Part shown: in pieces, positions 43,719-59,662 of the stretch | Numbering within the stretch: position 1 is the stretch's first letter | How the letters are laid out: each line of letters opens with the position of its first letter | From: Camelus dromedarius | Lineage: Eukaryota | Direction: 5' to 3' | NCBI RefSeq assembly: GCF_036321535.1 | Contig: NC_087436.1 | Span: 95,110,001 to 95,174,000 of the forward strand | DNA length: 64,000 bases | The notes under the pieces: generated by a model | The model's database searches: none | What the model saw: the letters and a program-made list of their open reading frames with translations, nothing else | What the model was told of the DNA's origin: nothing | Made by a program: the position numbers and the translations under genes

Positions 43719-45269
43719 CTAGACGTAGGCTCACAAGCCCCACTTCCTGCCTGAGACACAGGGCGGTGAGCACTGACGTGGTACTTGCGAAAAGTAGGCT
43801 TTAGTCACTTTGGAATTTCTTAAAAAAGATTTTTTGATTGATTTTTACTCAATTTTTTACGTAATATTCCACTTCGAACTTTTCCTGTTCATACATACAC
43901 AACACAACAAAGCAACAATTCTACACCTAGGAATAGGATCAGAAAGAAGCAAAGCAAAAGCTGAACAGTGGTTTCCACTAAAGTGTTTTCCATGTGTGTG
44001 ATGAATTGTATTTTTTTAATGTCCAAATTTTCTATAATGAGCACATTTATGTACATTGGGGAAGTTTAATCTATTGTGGCAGGAATCATGGCAATCTGTG
44101 CACCAAGGCAGACTCCAAAGCAGAAACAAGCAGGTCTGATCTTCTCTGAGTTATTTTTAAAATTTTGTGTGTGGTTATTCAACACCTTTGGTGAAAAAAA
44201 TTAGTAAAATATTAACTCATAGTGTATTCCTCAACATATACGGAATATAAGTAAGAATGTTAGCTCCTCAATTCTTAGATAGACTGGTTTTGAGAAGTAT
44301 CACTGTGAACTGAGTTCCTCTCCAGGTTGATCATTTTTCTCCAGTTATTTTTCTGTTGATTAAATAAGAAGACAATAAAATGAACACATGTCCACCAACC
44401 CCTCCTAATTTCCTGCATTTGCTTTCTTTGATTCTAAGCATCTTTTACTTGATCCCTCATCAAGGTTACTGCAGTATTCAGTTTACAGGGGTCTTTAATA
44501 TCTGTAAAGAGCACCATAAATGCACTGGCCACCACAAGGTCACAAGGGGAAGATCATGAAAGAATAGATTTTGTTTTTTGTTATGTGTCAATAAAACGAT
44601 CAGCCTCATTCTCTTTTTGGGTTCTTGTGGTGTTAACCCAAAACCCCCTGGGCTGCAGAAGGAATTCTCCCTCCTGTCTGTTTTCAAGGCTAAGTAAGTA
44701 CAAGATCTGAATTTTAAAGTTTTCAAAACAACCCCATCAAATCACTCCCAGGAATTTTTAACACTTACAGTAAGACCCTATTATCCCTGCTGATCTCACT
44801 GGCTTGGTGGTGAGGAAATAAAAGTTAGAAAGTGACACTGAAATTGCTTCCTTTCTCTACACCAACTTGCATCTTTAAATCTGCACTTCAGATCAGAGGG
44901 GGAAAGAGATGAAATAGAAGGTAAAGGGAAAATGTCACTCCGGAATGATCTGAATTCACTCAAGAAACGGAGAGTGAAATTAAAGTGGCTTAAAGAAGAA
45001 CTAAGTGGCTTTCAGGATGCTGCCTCCACGTTCCCTCTGGAGAAGAAGAGGAGGTGGGTTTAAACAGCAGGAAGTGATTCTGGCATGGAAGACTTCAGGA
45101 CAGAAGGGCAGCTCTGGAAACTTAGATATCGGTGGGACCTGAGAACCACCCTGCCCCCATGTTATTCAAACAGCGAGATAGAATACGTAAGAAACTTCGG
45201 GCAGGTGTGGATGAACATTTCTGATGTTTACAGTTACTTAGTGTGGATTAGGAAAAACATAACTGATCT

Positions 45270-46620
45270 CCTGTCTCAGTTGGTGGCAGCTTCATCCTTC
45301 TAGCTGCTCAAGCAAAAACACTGGAGTAATTATGCCTCCTCCTTTTATCTCATACCCCAGGTTCGATCCACCAGGAACTCTGGATTGACCTTCAAACCAT
45401 ACCCAGAGTCAGCCACTCATCACTACCTTCCTGGCTTCACACTGCTCTGAGCCACCGCGATCCCTTCCTTAGATAACTGCTTGTACCTCCAGAGGAGGCT
45501 GTGAGAGTGGAGCATAAATGAGCAAGGGCCCCAGATGCTGCGCTTTGAAATCCATCCCTCATTCTCACCGAGGCCATGCCTCCCACAACCTCTCTCACCT
45601 GCCAAGCACTGGTGCAGCAGGGTCCGTAGGGCAGACCTGTTCCTGGGAGATGGGAACTCCTCTGTCAGCAGACTTCAACTGAAAGACCCTCCCATGGCTT
45701 TGCCAAACCTTTCTTAGACAGTACAGGACACTTCCTCTTCCACCTGGTCTCCTCCCTCTCCCCTTCACTGGGGACTTGCATCATAGTGTCTCCCACGATG
45801 GCTCTCCCAGTCTTCCTGGACACTCCCAACCCCTACAATTTTCTCTCACATTGTCATTTCCCCTAATAAAATCCTCACATGTTTAAGATCATCTTGGCAT
45901 CTGCTTCTGGGAGGATCTAGACTGATACACACTCTAACTGGTCTCCCTGCCCTTGACCCTCCCCTAGCCCAGTCTATTTTCAACACAGTAACTAGAGTGA
46001 TACTTTTAAACTCAGATCCTAACTTCAAAATACTGCAAAAGTCTCCCCATTTCATTAACAGTAAAGGCCAAGGTCCTTAAAAATGCCCTCATGATCTACC
46101 ATCACCTGCTCCCCATTACTACTCTGGCCTCATCTTCAACAACTCTCATCCTGGCTCACTCCTCTCCTACCACATAGCATCCTTGCTCTTTCTTGTTCGT
46201 ATCAGACACTGCTGCCTCAGGGCCTTTGCACAAACTGCTCTTTCTGCCTGGAATATGCTTCATCCAGATTCTGCATAGCTAAGCCCCTCATCTCCTTCAA
46301 GTGTTTGCTCACATGGCATCATCTCCATGAGGTCCCCCCTCACAATCTGACTTAATACTTAACCTGCCCCTCACTCCCGTGTTCCTGATTACCCTCTTCT
46401 CTTTTTCTTTTTTTTCCCACAGCACTCATCATCTTCTAAAATATGAGGTAATGTTTATTATTTGTTTGTCCCTCCTCACTAGACAAAATCTCCATAGTGA
46501 CAGGGATATTTATCCATAAAAACCACGGGTGTATCTCAAGTGCTTAGAATGGTGCCTGGCACGTAGTGGACATTCAAAACGCATTCGTGGATTGTGTTGT
46601 GGAATGAATAAATGAACAAT
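45270..46620 (-). mobile_element. L2 3' region split by an ERVL LTR (LTR16-like, about 45490-45929)
   Basis: L2 hallmarks (cctcagggcctttgcac, agaatggtgcctggcacgtag, gaatgaataaatgaa). The LTR ends …cccctaataaaatcc…ctgcttctgggaggatctagactgataca. Confidence 0.75.
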
Positions 46621-47120
46621 AAATTATCATTTGGAAGGAGACTGAAGTGGGTAATGTGGCAATCAGTGTAAGGTGGCCATGTGAATTACAGGTGCAACAC
46701 TCAGATGTGCCCCAGAATGTTCTGTACCACACTCCCTGCACACGTTTCAGATGTGTCATGACAAACATTGCAAGTGTTCACATCTACCGTGTGGATTCTT
46801 GGGTGACACATTTCTATGAGCACTGCTATTTGCTTTTTAGCGGTAGATTGAATGCAGATGTGATAAAAATTATGAAGGTGCCACAAAAACTATGGTAATC
46901 TAGAAAATGGACCAGGTCTAAGTCTTCGCTTTACAAGTGTGTAAATTTAAGTCAAAGATGCCACAGAGTTAGCCAGCTTCTGGACTGGTCACATTTTCCA
47001 TCACATTATCTCCTTCTTGACTAGAAGCAAATTTATATATATGTACAAATTTATGTATGTACACATACATGTTTAGATGTATGTATAAGTGTGTATATAT
47101 AATATATATATCTATGCATG

Positions 47121-47152
<32 letters not shown>

Positions 47153-48412
47153 AAATCTTGCAGCAAAAATATTTCTGAATGCTTACTGAATATCCTTTTC
47201 CTCCTAGACACATAGCTAAATGATATTTTTCAGTCCTCCTGAGTTGAATTAGGTAGAATATGTGATAAGTTTTGGCCAAAGGAATGAGGGTAAAAGTGAT
47301 GTATGCTATTTCCACGGCTAGTCCTAAATTGTCCCATATGGCTATCCACACATGTCCCTCCCCTTTCTATGAGGCTGCAAGTAAAGGATTTTAAGATGGT
47401 GGAGCCACAAGATGCAGGCTCAGAAGAGAGCTGCCCAGAGGAGCCACCTGAACAGGAACACTCACACCACAGGAATGAAAGATAAACCTTTCTCCTTCTA
47501 AGCCATGTTGATACTTGGGTTATTATTATTATTTTTGGTTTTGTTTCATTTCGTATTTTTACAACATCTGGTGTTAATTGCCTGCTTAACACAAAATCTA
47601 TTTTCTTCTTTAAGGATCCATAGTGGGTAGTGGTCTAGCTGATCCTGCCAAGTTCCTACCTGGGCTATGATATCAGAGGGGTTATATGTGGGTTATTCTG
47701 GAAGAGCCAAGGAGAAATAACCTAAAAACCAAACTTTTCAGGGGATACCACTAACCTGTTGTCAGACACAACTCCTTCATGGCTTCCTAGCACTGAGCCA
47801 TAGAAGATATGTTTGTCCTGCCTGTGAAATTCACAAAATCCTGCGTCTGCTGCTCCTGATTTTGGTAAGACACAGAGAGACCCGGTGTATCAGACTTTTA
47901 AGGGGGAAGGGGGAGGGGGGTGCTTGAACTTGTGCTTGCACTGTGGTGTCTGGGCTGGGCATATACCAGCTGAAAGGGCAAGTTCAATGTTAGAGTTTTA
48001 TATTTGGAAAAATGAGAAATATTATTTAAAACTTTCTTGGCTACTACAAGTGATCAAAATATAAAATAACTTGTTCATATCATATTTCTCACAGAAGAAA
48101 ACTTCAGAGCTGGAAGTGTGAGAAGAGAAGCCCAACCCTGCGCCAGAGTAAGAGAAACATAAATTAAAATTCCAATGAGATACAATTTCTAACTATCATA
48201 GTGACACATAACAATAACAACAACAATAACTAACATTCGTGGGGGCTTACTAAGAGTCAGGTTCTATTCTAACCCAGTTAATCCTTGCAACGGAGCTATC
48301 AGTAGTTATTGCTGTTACCCCAGTGTACAGGTGAGTAATCTCAGGCAGAGAAGGGTTAAGTCACCTACTCAAGGTCATGGAGCTAGAAAGTGGGAGAGCT
48401 GGAATATGGTGG

Positions 48413-48770
48413 TGCTATAGGCTGAATGTTTGTGTTTCCCCAAAATTCATATGTTGAACTCTAATCTCCAGTGTGATGGTATTAGGAGGTGGGGCCTCTG
48501 GGAGATGACCAGGTCATGAGGGTGGAGCCCTCATGAATGGGATTAGTGTGCCCTTCTAAAAGAGGACTAAGAGAGCTTTATCACCTTCTTCCACCATGTG
48601 AAGAAACTGCATGAAAACTGCCATCTATAAATCAGAAAGCCAGACACCGCATCTGCTGGGGCTTTGATCTTGGACTTCCCAGACTCCAGAACTTTGAGAA
48701 ATAAATGTTTGTTGTTTATGAGCCATCAGTCTATGGTATTCTGTTACAGCAGCCGGAATGGACTAAGACA
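48413..48770 (+). mobile_element. MLT1A-like MaLR solo LTR
   Basis: Same structure as 14356-14729. Confidence 0.9.
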
Positions 48771-49186
48771 AATGGCATAAATGGAATAATCTTCAAGAAA
48801 TGATTAAGTATAACTTAATAAAGCAAGGTACAAAGGAATATGCTTAGTATGCTACCATTTGGTTGAAAAAGGTTGTATGTATATATGTGCATATGTATCT
48901 ATATGTATATATGTGCATATATATGTTTGCTACATCTATCTATATATCCATATCTATATCTGTATCTATATAATTTGTCTATACAATGTCTCTGATAGAA
49001 TCCATAAGAAGTTGTTAACAGTGGTTGTCTCCCATGAGGAATGGCTGGGGAAAAGGGTGTATTAGAAACTCAATTTTCACTCTCAGCTATTTTGTGCCAT
49101 TTAAATTTGCATCATGTGCCTTAAAATATCTAATAAAAAAGATAAATAAAAAGTATTTACTTTATTGACCAAAAGAAAAAAAATCA

Positions 49187-49351
<165 letters not shown>

Positions 49352-51726
49352 TCATTGCGTGAGATTAGATTTTTATGTTTTGCTGTTTCACAGCAGTCAG
49401 CACCTCCTACATGGCGCTATCTTCAAATATTGAAATCAATAAAAAGTCTCAATTTTTCCCATCAGGAGATTTATCATTCATTTAATCCTATTTTTTTCCC
49501 TTGGAAGGGTATATGTCATATAATTTGAAGGACATATAATGTTATTTTAAAAGGATGCTTAAGAAAACCATGGCACATTAGGGGATTAATTTTATTGGCT
49601 CTGTGTATATGAATAGATATGTTTCTAAGACAAAAAATTAATAGGTGACCCAATTGCTGTTTTTGTTTGAAAAAATTTTAAACCCAAGTAACAGAATTAT
49701 TTGGAGCAGTCCATTAAAATGTCAAATACTCTTGCCATTCTGGGGAATCCTTTAATCTAGAGCCCTGGAGCGCAGGCCCCTCGGGCTGTGTCGATGGCTC
49801 TTGTACACTTCCAGAAAATAGAAATAACCGCCTGTAATTAGTATATTCATGAAATAAGACAGGTTGGCTTCCATATACTTTTGGCTTTAGAAACTTTTAT
49901 TATATAGTTATCTCCTTGCAAATCTCTTTGCCAGCCACTGTTCTTCTTTTTAAAAAAAGATCAAAACAGCTAAGATTTATTCACATTAGCTGTTCATATA
50001 AACAGAACTGCCTGCATTTCTTTGCAACAGCTTCTGTGCGTATAACCCAACTACACAACTACAATTACAATATGCATATGTCTGTGTTTTTTCTCATCTT
50101 ACATGAGTTTGAATATGCTATATTTTATGATTACATTATTATCTATATGCATTTTCCATTTTTCATAATTATCACTTCAGTAGCAACATTTGATTTCACT
50201 GAGTGGTGCATTTATTTGGATGCATTCACTAAGTGGTGCATTCACGTAATATGCTTTGTTAGTCATCTCCATCTTGGACATTTAGACGTTGTTTCCAAAT
50301 TTGGGAGACAATCAGTAATCATACTACCAAACAGATTTTAAAATGTACGTATGTTGGGAGGACTAGCAGATATCAGCATTTCACACTTTTTCTCCTAACA
50401 TCCTATGAGTGGTTATTTCAGGAGAGAGTGAAATGGGAGAAGGAAGGACGCAGGGACTTTGAGTAAGGGCAGACTTGGTGGCGGGTGTCTGGAGCTTGGG
50501 AAAACTGAGTACTGGAAGGCTGGAGGGCACACAGAAAGGAAGATGAGGATGCTGAGGACAAACTCAGAGGGCCCTGCCTTGTAGCAGAGGGGGACTACGA
50601 ATTCCTTCCTTAGACCAGGGATAACAAAAGAGCTCCGTCCCATTCCTGACCCTACAGCCCCCATGGGCACCCTGGACTTGTACTGCTATCTGACCCCTAA
50701 AACATATTCGCTGATCTCCGTTCTCCCTACTTAGTCTAGGGGTCCTCAAGCAGCAAGGAGAGGAAGAGTCACCTCCCACTTCTGGCATGCCCTGACCCCG
50801 GAGTCTGGGTAAGACACCCTCATATGTGTGAGCACAGCCCCCTCTCCTTCCCACATGGCAGTGCATCTGACAACTGTTGAGTCCCCTCCGTCTTCCGGGA
50901 TGTTGTGCCCGCTTGCTTATCAGCCTGTGCCCGGCATCCAGCATAGCTCCTGGTATATAATGAGGGCCAATTACCATTTTTAAAAAATGGATAAATAAAT
51001 AAATTGGACATGAGCCATATTTCTTGAGAAACTAGTTATTTGGTTGTACACAGCAGAAAATAAACCATTTGTTCCTCATCCCAAAGACTAGCTAGCTGCC
51101 TCATCTCAGTTGGGGTGCCTCTCCCTTATTCTCCATCAGTGTTTCGTTGCCAAGAACAAGCAACTTCAGCTTCTTTAAGAGGCAGGGCCTGGGAAGGGGA
51201 GGTGGGTATTAGGGTTTAAGGAAAGAGGGGAGTGGGAATTGGGAGGTAGGGATGGAGGAGAATGTTGGTCTTAGTTACCTGGAAACATTTTAGAAACATT
51301 TCAGGATGTTTCTGATTCTAAATAAATAAATAAATATTTACTTGAATTGCTCTATAATTTTTCAAATTGAAGGTTAAGAGACACAGAGCATCTCAGAAAA
51401 ACAGCTGTCCCAGCTCTAAGAAAGAGCCCTCACTCCCCCTCAAATAGATGCTATCCTTGCAGCTGTTGGAAAGGACACTATTAAAGCAGACTGAAAAATG
51501 TTCCTTCTAAGAAGCTCCTTCCTTTTAAACATAAAATATATTTCATTTCGTTCTTATCATTTTGGTTCCAAGGTTATGCCTACTCCATAAGTGAGAAAGC
51601 ATAACAAAGCCATAATCCAAAGTTATGATCAGGGTCATCTTTTCTCTGATGTATCTAGGTCACTGGTAAATAGAAATATCAAAAGAAGGCACTGGCAGAC
51701 CTCAGGGAAAACAGAGGAAGCAGCTA

Positions 51727-52100
<374 letters not shown>

Positions 52101-53921
52101 TCATGGATACAGCAGCAGTCCGTGGTCTGCAGTCCTAGAGCCCATCTGCCAGGGCTCCTGTAAGCGGTAGGCATGTATCCGATTGTAAGAGAATGCAGTG
52201 ATTAACAGCATAGAATTTGCAAGCCCTCAGATGTGGGGTCCAATCTGAACTCAGCTTCACCACTGCCTAGTTGGGTGACCTTCGAGAAGTTTCCAACCTC
52301 TCTGTGACTCAGTTTCTCCACTGCGCTGCTGTGAGGAGCAAATGAGATAAATGCAAGTCAAGTGCTCCCAGGTGCCTTATTATCTCCTTTTGCTTCTCAC
52401 CCTAGCTAACTAGCAACCTGGGATTCTCAGCGCAAGATATATTTGTGAATGGTGTCCCAGTCTTACCCTCTTTCCTCTTTCCTAAGCTTCTCAAGGCAAG
52501 TACGCATCATTCACTTTTTGATTCCTTACAGACCTAGCCCATTGCAGGTGCTCAATTACTATTTGTTGAATTAAAATCAGTTGAGCCTTCAGAAGCTCTT
52601 CAAAAGTGTCAGTCACTGCTTTAGCACGGTCTGTGTGTGTGAGAGGTGTCAGGAGACGCCGTGTCAAAGTCAAAAGGCAAGCCAGCAGGAAAACCAGGAT
52701 GGGCACCCGAGAGCTCTGACAGTTATTTTAAGCAGTAACAGGCCAAACAAGACGTAAGAATAGACAGCCAGGATGAGGGGCACCGATTTTGCTCCATCTG
52801 AGCAGGACAATCCCTGTCTTAGAGCCCAGCACAGGGGGTATTCAGTAACTATTTAGTAAATACAGAGCTGACCTTCTCATCCACTCTCCCCCGACACACA
52901 CACGCACACACACCACCCTTGGCTTGACAGAGAAATAGTCTTGTCTACATTTTATTTTGGAGCAGTATTTTTCTCCTTCGAGGCCCCCACGGTTCTCAGA
53001 GTTCCCAAACTGAACGAAAATTAATAGCTTAGTGATGGTCCTAAGTGGCTGTTTGAGTTCTTGAAGGAGAAGCAGCTTGGGCTGCCGTCACCACGGAGCT
53101 TTCCTCCCCACAGGGAGAAAATGGCTATTTCCCTCAGGACCTGTGCAGCCTCAGGTTGTTAAGACTCAAGGCAGCAGCAATATTTACACATGGAGAAAAA
53201 AGTCCCAAGTCACAGGAGGATCTGAGAGCCAAAGGGAAGCACCTAGCCGTAGAGGGCAGTGTTAAAATGACTGATCGTCCCCCTCCTGAGGGAGAGAAAG
53301 GCATGGGTGCATCCCAAACCCAGAGTCACATTTTGTCAACCGTAACCTTATATATCAGAGGGATCTTAAAGTAATCACAGCACTGATATTTACCAAACTG
53401 ATATAGGACTAATTATACCGAATGGGAATCACCTGTCATTACACACCATCTAGAAAACACTGAAACTTAAGAAACATTATTATTAATGTTTACAACATTA
53501 ATTACATACAGGAATATATTCACGTATAGATCATTAGACAAAGTTCAAGTTCATTACTGAATTACTTTTAAAAAAGATGCACAATAATTGCTAAAACTAT
53601 GACTTGAATTCTCTCTAGCTTCCAATAAATTCCAAGCATCTCGATGGAAACTTATAGGAGTTTCCATAACACATTTAAGTTACAGGATATAATTATCTAC
53701 ATTTACATAATGAGCCCATATCCCTTGCCATCCTTTAAAAACATACATATTTTCCAAAAGGAAATAATGTAAATCCAAATCTCAATGTATGATTCTTATC
53801 TAGATTTCTGAGAGCTAAAATCAAGGAATAAATAAAGGCCTGGAGGCATCTGCTACATTTTCTTTGTATAAAACCATTCAAGGGATGATTCCACATCCTT
53901 CCCTGAGACCATTCAGGGTTT

Positions 53922-54269
53922 TTTTTTTTTTTTTTAACATTTTTTATTGATTTATAATCATTTTACAATGTTGTGTCAAATTCCAGTGTTCAGCACAATT
54001 TTTCAGTCATACATGGACATATACACACTCATTGTCACATTTTTTTCTCTGTTAGTTACCATAACATTTTGTGTAAATTTCCCTGTGCTATACAGTATAA
54101 TCTTGTTTATCTATTCTACAATTTTGAAATCCCAGTCTATCCCTTCCCACCCTCCGCCCCCCTGGCAACCACAAGTCTGTATTCTCTGTCTATGAGTCTA
54201 TTTCTGTCCTGTATTTATGCTTTGTTTTTGTTTGTTTTTTAGATTCCACATATGAGCAACCTCATATGG
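53922..54269 (-). mobile_element. Young L1 3' end
   Basis: Intact poly(T); perfect TSD cattcagggttt at 53910-53921 and 54270-54281. Confidence 0.9.
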
Positions 54270-55620
54270 CATTCAGGGTTTAATGGGCCTCATTGTCATT
54301 AACTCCTCTTTCTCCTTCTCTACCCCTTGCAGGTTAGGGCCTCGACTGAATCTTTTCCTGGAGAAGAAGAACTTCTCACCATCTCATAACACAAATAATG
54401 ACGAATATGAATTACCTGCCTCTAGAAAAATCACTTGGTTTCTGGAAGGAAACACCACTGTTACGTGTATAATAAGTGGAATGTGTCTGTCTAACAGACA
54501 TGACAATAGGCTGCTACTCCAACCACACACACACACACACACACACACACTAATAGCTTTGTTGAGGTATAATTGACATACAAAGATTTGCACTTATTTA
54601 AGACTCCTCCAATTATATTTTCTGACTAACAATTCTTTTTTCTGCATTCTTTTGTGAATGAAAGAACATCATTACTACATTCTACTAGGAACATAAAGCT
54701 ATGGATTTTCCACAGTTAAGGTTTCTACTCTATGCCACACCCTACTTTGAAGAATAACTTCTAAAACTTTACTTAGTGTGACATCTAGTGCCCAGAACAA
54801 GGAAGTAATAATATGGTCATTGTAGCCTTTTGACTGAGAGTGATTCACTCTGAGAGAGATTGATTTGGTTCTACCAATAACAGAGAAAAACAAGCAATAT
54901 GAATAATACCAGAGGGTTTAGTTCATGGATTCATCTCCTCACTTGTCATCATGAACCCTAAGTATCCTCAGGAAATGAACCCCCTCCAAGTTATATGGTT
55001 CTTAAAATGGAATATCCTCTACTCTCTGACTTACTGCAGTAAAAAGAATACTACAAAGAAGAGAAGGTAATACACGCTGCGATACTGTATCATTTTAAAA
55101 CAAATGTTAAATGATTAGCTGGTGTTTAATTTCTCATCTATACTCTAGTGGAAAACACCCTAAACTCAGGAGTCAGGAGTGTTGTGGAGGAATTTTGGTT
55201 CCATCAGTTATTAGCTGTGTGGTCTTGGGGCCCTTCCTGAGTCACTGCTGCTGCGTCTTCTCTGAAAGGAGGATTATAACATCCACCTCCCAGGGGTTTG
55301 TAAGGTCACTGAGGAGAAATATGGGAAACCCTCGGTATTGGCCAACGTGATTGAATACTTACAATGTCCCAGGCACTGGACTAAATACTTTTAGTATAGA
55401 TAATTATCTCATTTAATCTTCTCATTACAAAGTAAGGGATATTATTATACCCATTTCACCACTGGAAAACCTGAGACCTGGTGACGTGAAGTCACTTGCC
55501 TAAGGTCCCAAGCCAGTAAGTGGCAGAGACAGGATTTGAACTCAATCTTTATGACTCGAAAACTCGAACACTCAATCACTATGTTACATTAAGAAAGTTT
55601 TACATGCCGTTGATAGTTTA

Positions 55621-55861
55621 CCTTTTTTAACTGAAGTATAGTCACTTACAATGTGTCAATTTCTGATGTACAGCATAATGTTCCAGCCATACATATACAT
55701 ACATATACTCGTTTTCATATTCTTTTTCATTATAGGTTACTACAAGATGTTGAATATAATTTCCCATGCTATAAAGAAGATATTTGTTTTTTATATATTT
55801 TATATATAGTAGTTAATATTTGCAAATCTCAAACTCCCAATTAACCTCTTCCCACCCCCCA
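55621..55861 (-). mobile_element. L1 3' end
   Basis: TSD ttgatagttta at 55610-55620 and 55862-55872. Confidence 0.88.
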
Positions 55862-58800
55862 TTGATAGTTTATTAAATATCATTTTAGTCCCATTTCTAT
55901 AGCTCCTTGGAAATCAGATCCTCGATTAGGAGTTTCCTTGTTTTTAAAACACTGGTTTATGCTAAAGTTAGCTTGACTTACCTGACCTTGACCAGACAGC
56001 AAGCTGAAGGTCACTCCTGCAGTGAAATCTTACTCTAACCCTGCCCCTCCCAGCTGTGCCTTGGGTTGGCAAAGCTTGATGCAGGCAGGATCCCAAGGTA
56101 CTGTGTGGTGCTGGATGAAATATTTTATATCTTAATAGCACCTCTAGTTTTTTTTTTTTTCCCCTCTCAAAAAACACTGTGATTCCATCAACCCCTCTTC
56201 TTGTGAGTTCCACCAAGATCAAAATCTCATTGAAGGGAGGTCTCTCCTCTTTTCAAAGGATGAAAATAATCATTTGTTGGTGGGAGGGTCTCTTTGACCA
56301 ACTGGTAACTTAGGGGAGCAACAGCCGTTCTACAGGACCTGGATGCACACCATAACCCTATGCGTACTTTCCACTGGTCCCTTATTGTAAAGGACCCCCA
56401 AGTAGGGCACTAGCTAACTTGTTTAGAGAGTTTTCCCCTTTTCGATTGTTTTAATTTTAATATAACATTTCCTTCTTTTTAAATTTCTTTTCTTTTAAAA
56501 GAGTGGATATATAAAAAAGACAGTTAAAAAAATCCCGTAATCTCACTTCCCTGATATATCTGGTTGATTTTTAAAAGTAAAAATTCATAATGTTAGTAAA
56601 ATCAAAGAGTATAGACACAGAAAACAGGAGGTGGAACAGCCTTTCTCCCTAGACAGCGTCCACTGACATAGTAGGCAATAGAGCGTATGAGCATGTAAGG
56701 ACCTACAGAAATATCTGACCTGGAAAAAATATGTTAGTTCTAAAAGACAAAGAAGAAAATTTGCAAGTCGGAAATTAAATAATATTTACTTACATGTATT
56801 CAAAATGTAGTATTAGGTCAATTGGTCAACTATAGTTTAAGTGAATTCAATTCTTCCATAGTTACATATAAATTATATATTTAATGAGGGTATGGGTGCA
56901 TTTTATTATATTTGGTGTGATAAGAGAGAGACCTCCAAAAGAAGGAATACCAGAGGCTCTTAAAAGGCTTAAAGCGGCCCTGCCTTCCTCTCCCCTAACC
57001 CCCCATTTCCTTTTAACAATAACAATTCTGATTTGTTTCTTGTTGATTTCTTTCAGAAAAAAAATTTTAAAGCATATGGGTACATATCAGTGTTCTGCAC
57101 CTGCCTTCACCACGCACCGTGGAGGCCTTAGCACACGCAGACAGTGGGGGAGGCTGCGTGCACTGCCTGGGACTGCAGGGCTCTTCTCCCCGGCTCACAG
57201 CTCTCAGCTGAACGCCCACCTTTGAAACGCCCTTGGCCAAAGGGAACTGGCTCCCCCACGACTGTACTATAAAGTCTGGTCAACGGGGGAGTTGGTGATA
57301 CACAAGCCTGGTCCTGTGCATTAACAGGGGACATCTTTGAAGAGTCATCCCAACCACCAGGCTCCCTATGAGATGGGCTGAGGCCTCTGATGCACCTGCA
57401 CTGCAGTTCGGCCTCTCCCGCAGCCCCGTTCTGTTTTCCTAGTCCTTCACTCTCTTGCAAGCCTTGCTCCTGAGAGCCCTTCTCAGTAAAACTCCAGCAA
57501 CTCATCTCTGCCTCAGTCTCTCCCCTGGGCATCCAACCTGGGACACTGATCTACCTTATTCTTTTTAATGATTGCAGAGAATTATTCCACCAAGTGGCTA
57601 TGTCACATTTTAACATTCTCTATGGACAGATCCTTGGGTTGTTTCCAGTTTTTCGTACATGCCTGGGGAACTCCCTCATTTCCTTCAGGTCTTTGCTCAA
57701 ATATCGCCTCACTAGGTCTACCCCTCACCACCATTTTTAGAACCTTAACCTGTATTCCTGACTCCACTTTATATTTTTCATAGACTTACCACTTTCTAAC
57801 CCTCCAAATAATTTTTCTATTCATTATGTGTATTGTTTATTGTCTGCATCCTTCCACTAGTCTACAACAGGGTCTTTGTCTTGTTTACTTACCGCTTTAT
57901 CTCAAGCTCCTAGAATAGTGGCTAGCATGACAAGTATTTGCTGAGTGAATTCCACACTGAACATCTTTGCACATATATATTAATGAACTTTTGCAAAGAA
58001 TCAACAGTGGACCTGTCGGATAGGGATTCCAGCCCTGGACAGAGGGCACGTGCATTTAATATTTTATGGATGTGCCAACTGCTTCTCTGAAAGTTGCACC
58101 CATTTTACTCTTCTTTGGGTGAATTTTCGAGAAATAGAACAATTTAAAAAGATTGCCTGCATTTCAGACTCTACTATCAATGAATTCAAGATATTATAAA
58201 AATCGTGTGAAGTAGTTAGAAACACACACAGATGCTGCTGCTGCGCTCAACTAAAGCAAACATCAGGGCAGCAAAAAGTGGGGCCAGCCAACCTTTCTTC
58301 CGGGAAAGTCTTCCCTCTCCATAATGATGGTCGATGTCCACTCTGCAATCAGATACTCACTTCTCTTTAGGTTCAAAATTGACAAGAAGAGTTTCTGAAC
58401 TCATAGTGTTTGCCTCGCGGTCACACAGGAATTCATTAAACTCTGGGTCTTATTCATAGCTTGTAAAGGATTGCGAACAAGCTCCAAGCATTAATCCTAT
58501 TATCTTTCCTATTGATGATCCTTGAGAATTTTCACATCATCAGCAATGTCACCTTCAAAAATGAACCCGTGTGATATTGATAGTGAAATACCTAGTGAAG
58601 AGTTTTTACTGTAGTATCATTTTGACAAGTTTGTCGTTCTCTGTGATAAACACTGTCATTATTTCTGACAGCGCTGGTAGAAGAGTTTCATTAAAATGTG
58701 CAGAAGGAAAAAATTGTGCAAGTCAAGAGAGGATGGGGAAGGGGAACAATGGTAATTCTGGAAAGTTCAATATACAGATCAGATCAGATCCGCCTCCTCT

Positions 58801-59454
58801 CCTCAGGGAACTTGCTTAAGGTGTTTAGATTCATAAAACTGTCAAAACTAGAATTTTAAATAAACATTTAGGCCTTTTGTAGTAACTGGAAATAAGCTGT
58901 TCCATTCCACTACAGACATTTTACTTGGTATGTCTGGGTATGTCTTAGCATTGTCAGCTTTCATTTTGATCACTGGTCTATTGGTTAGCAATATATCCTA
59001 TGAATATGTCAAGTCTCTAAAGTGCTTGTGGGAAATCACATCTGGTTCTCACAACAGTACTTTGAAATTATAATAAAATTTTTTTTTAACATGTTCCTTT
59101 TCCACTCTGGTTTCTGCCTGGATCTTAAATAATAACCATATCAATTGCATTTTACGAACATATCCAAAAGCATGGATAGCAGCCAATCAAGTCTTCTTAG
59201 AATGTGATGATAATGTAGCTGTGAATGAACTAATGCATGAGTTATGGCCTCTCCAAAAGTAATTGTTGGCTGAGAAATGTTTGATTTTATAAAAGCATCA
59301 GGAATGTCACTTTTTCTCATTTTCCCTTAACTGTGGGGTCCAAGTGGTGAGACAAAAGATAAGATATAAACATATAGAGTAGCAAAAAGTCAATTTTCTG
59401 TATTTTTCTACTTAGCACAGTGGCTACAAATATCTTTCTCCTGCTCTAAATAGC

Positions 59455-59662
59455 CACAGACCATGGAATCATCATATTCCAGAAGTTGGAAGGAATCTTG
59501 GAATTTCTCTTCCACCCACACTTTTCCAAGTAAGGAAGCTGAGTCTAGAGAGGTTCAGTGCATAATGCAGCTAGTTAGTGATCATTCTTTGTCATCACAA
59601 GTTAGTAGCAGTCAGGACCAGACCTCAGGTCTTAATGACTCTTGATACAGTGTTTTTTTCCA
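59455..59662 (-). mobile_element. MIR (MIR3/MIRc-like) SINE
   Basis: gaatcat…agttggaaggaatctt…aaggaagctgagtctagagaggttcag…gacctcaggtct…gactc…cagtgtttttttcca resembles the MIR core. Confidence 0.75.
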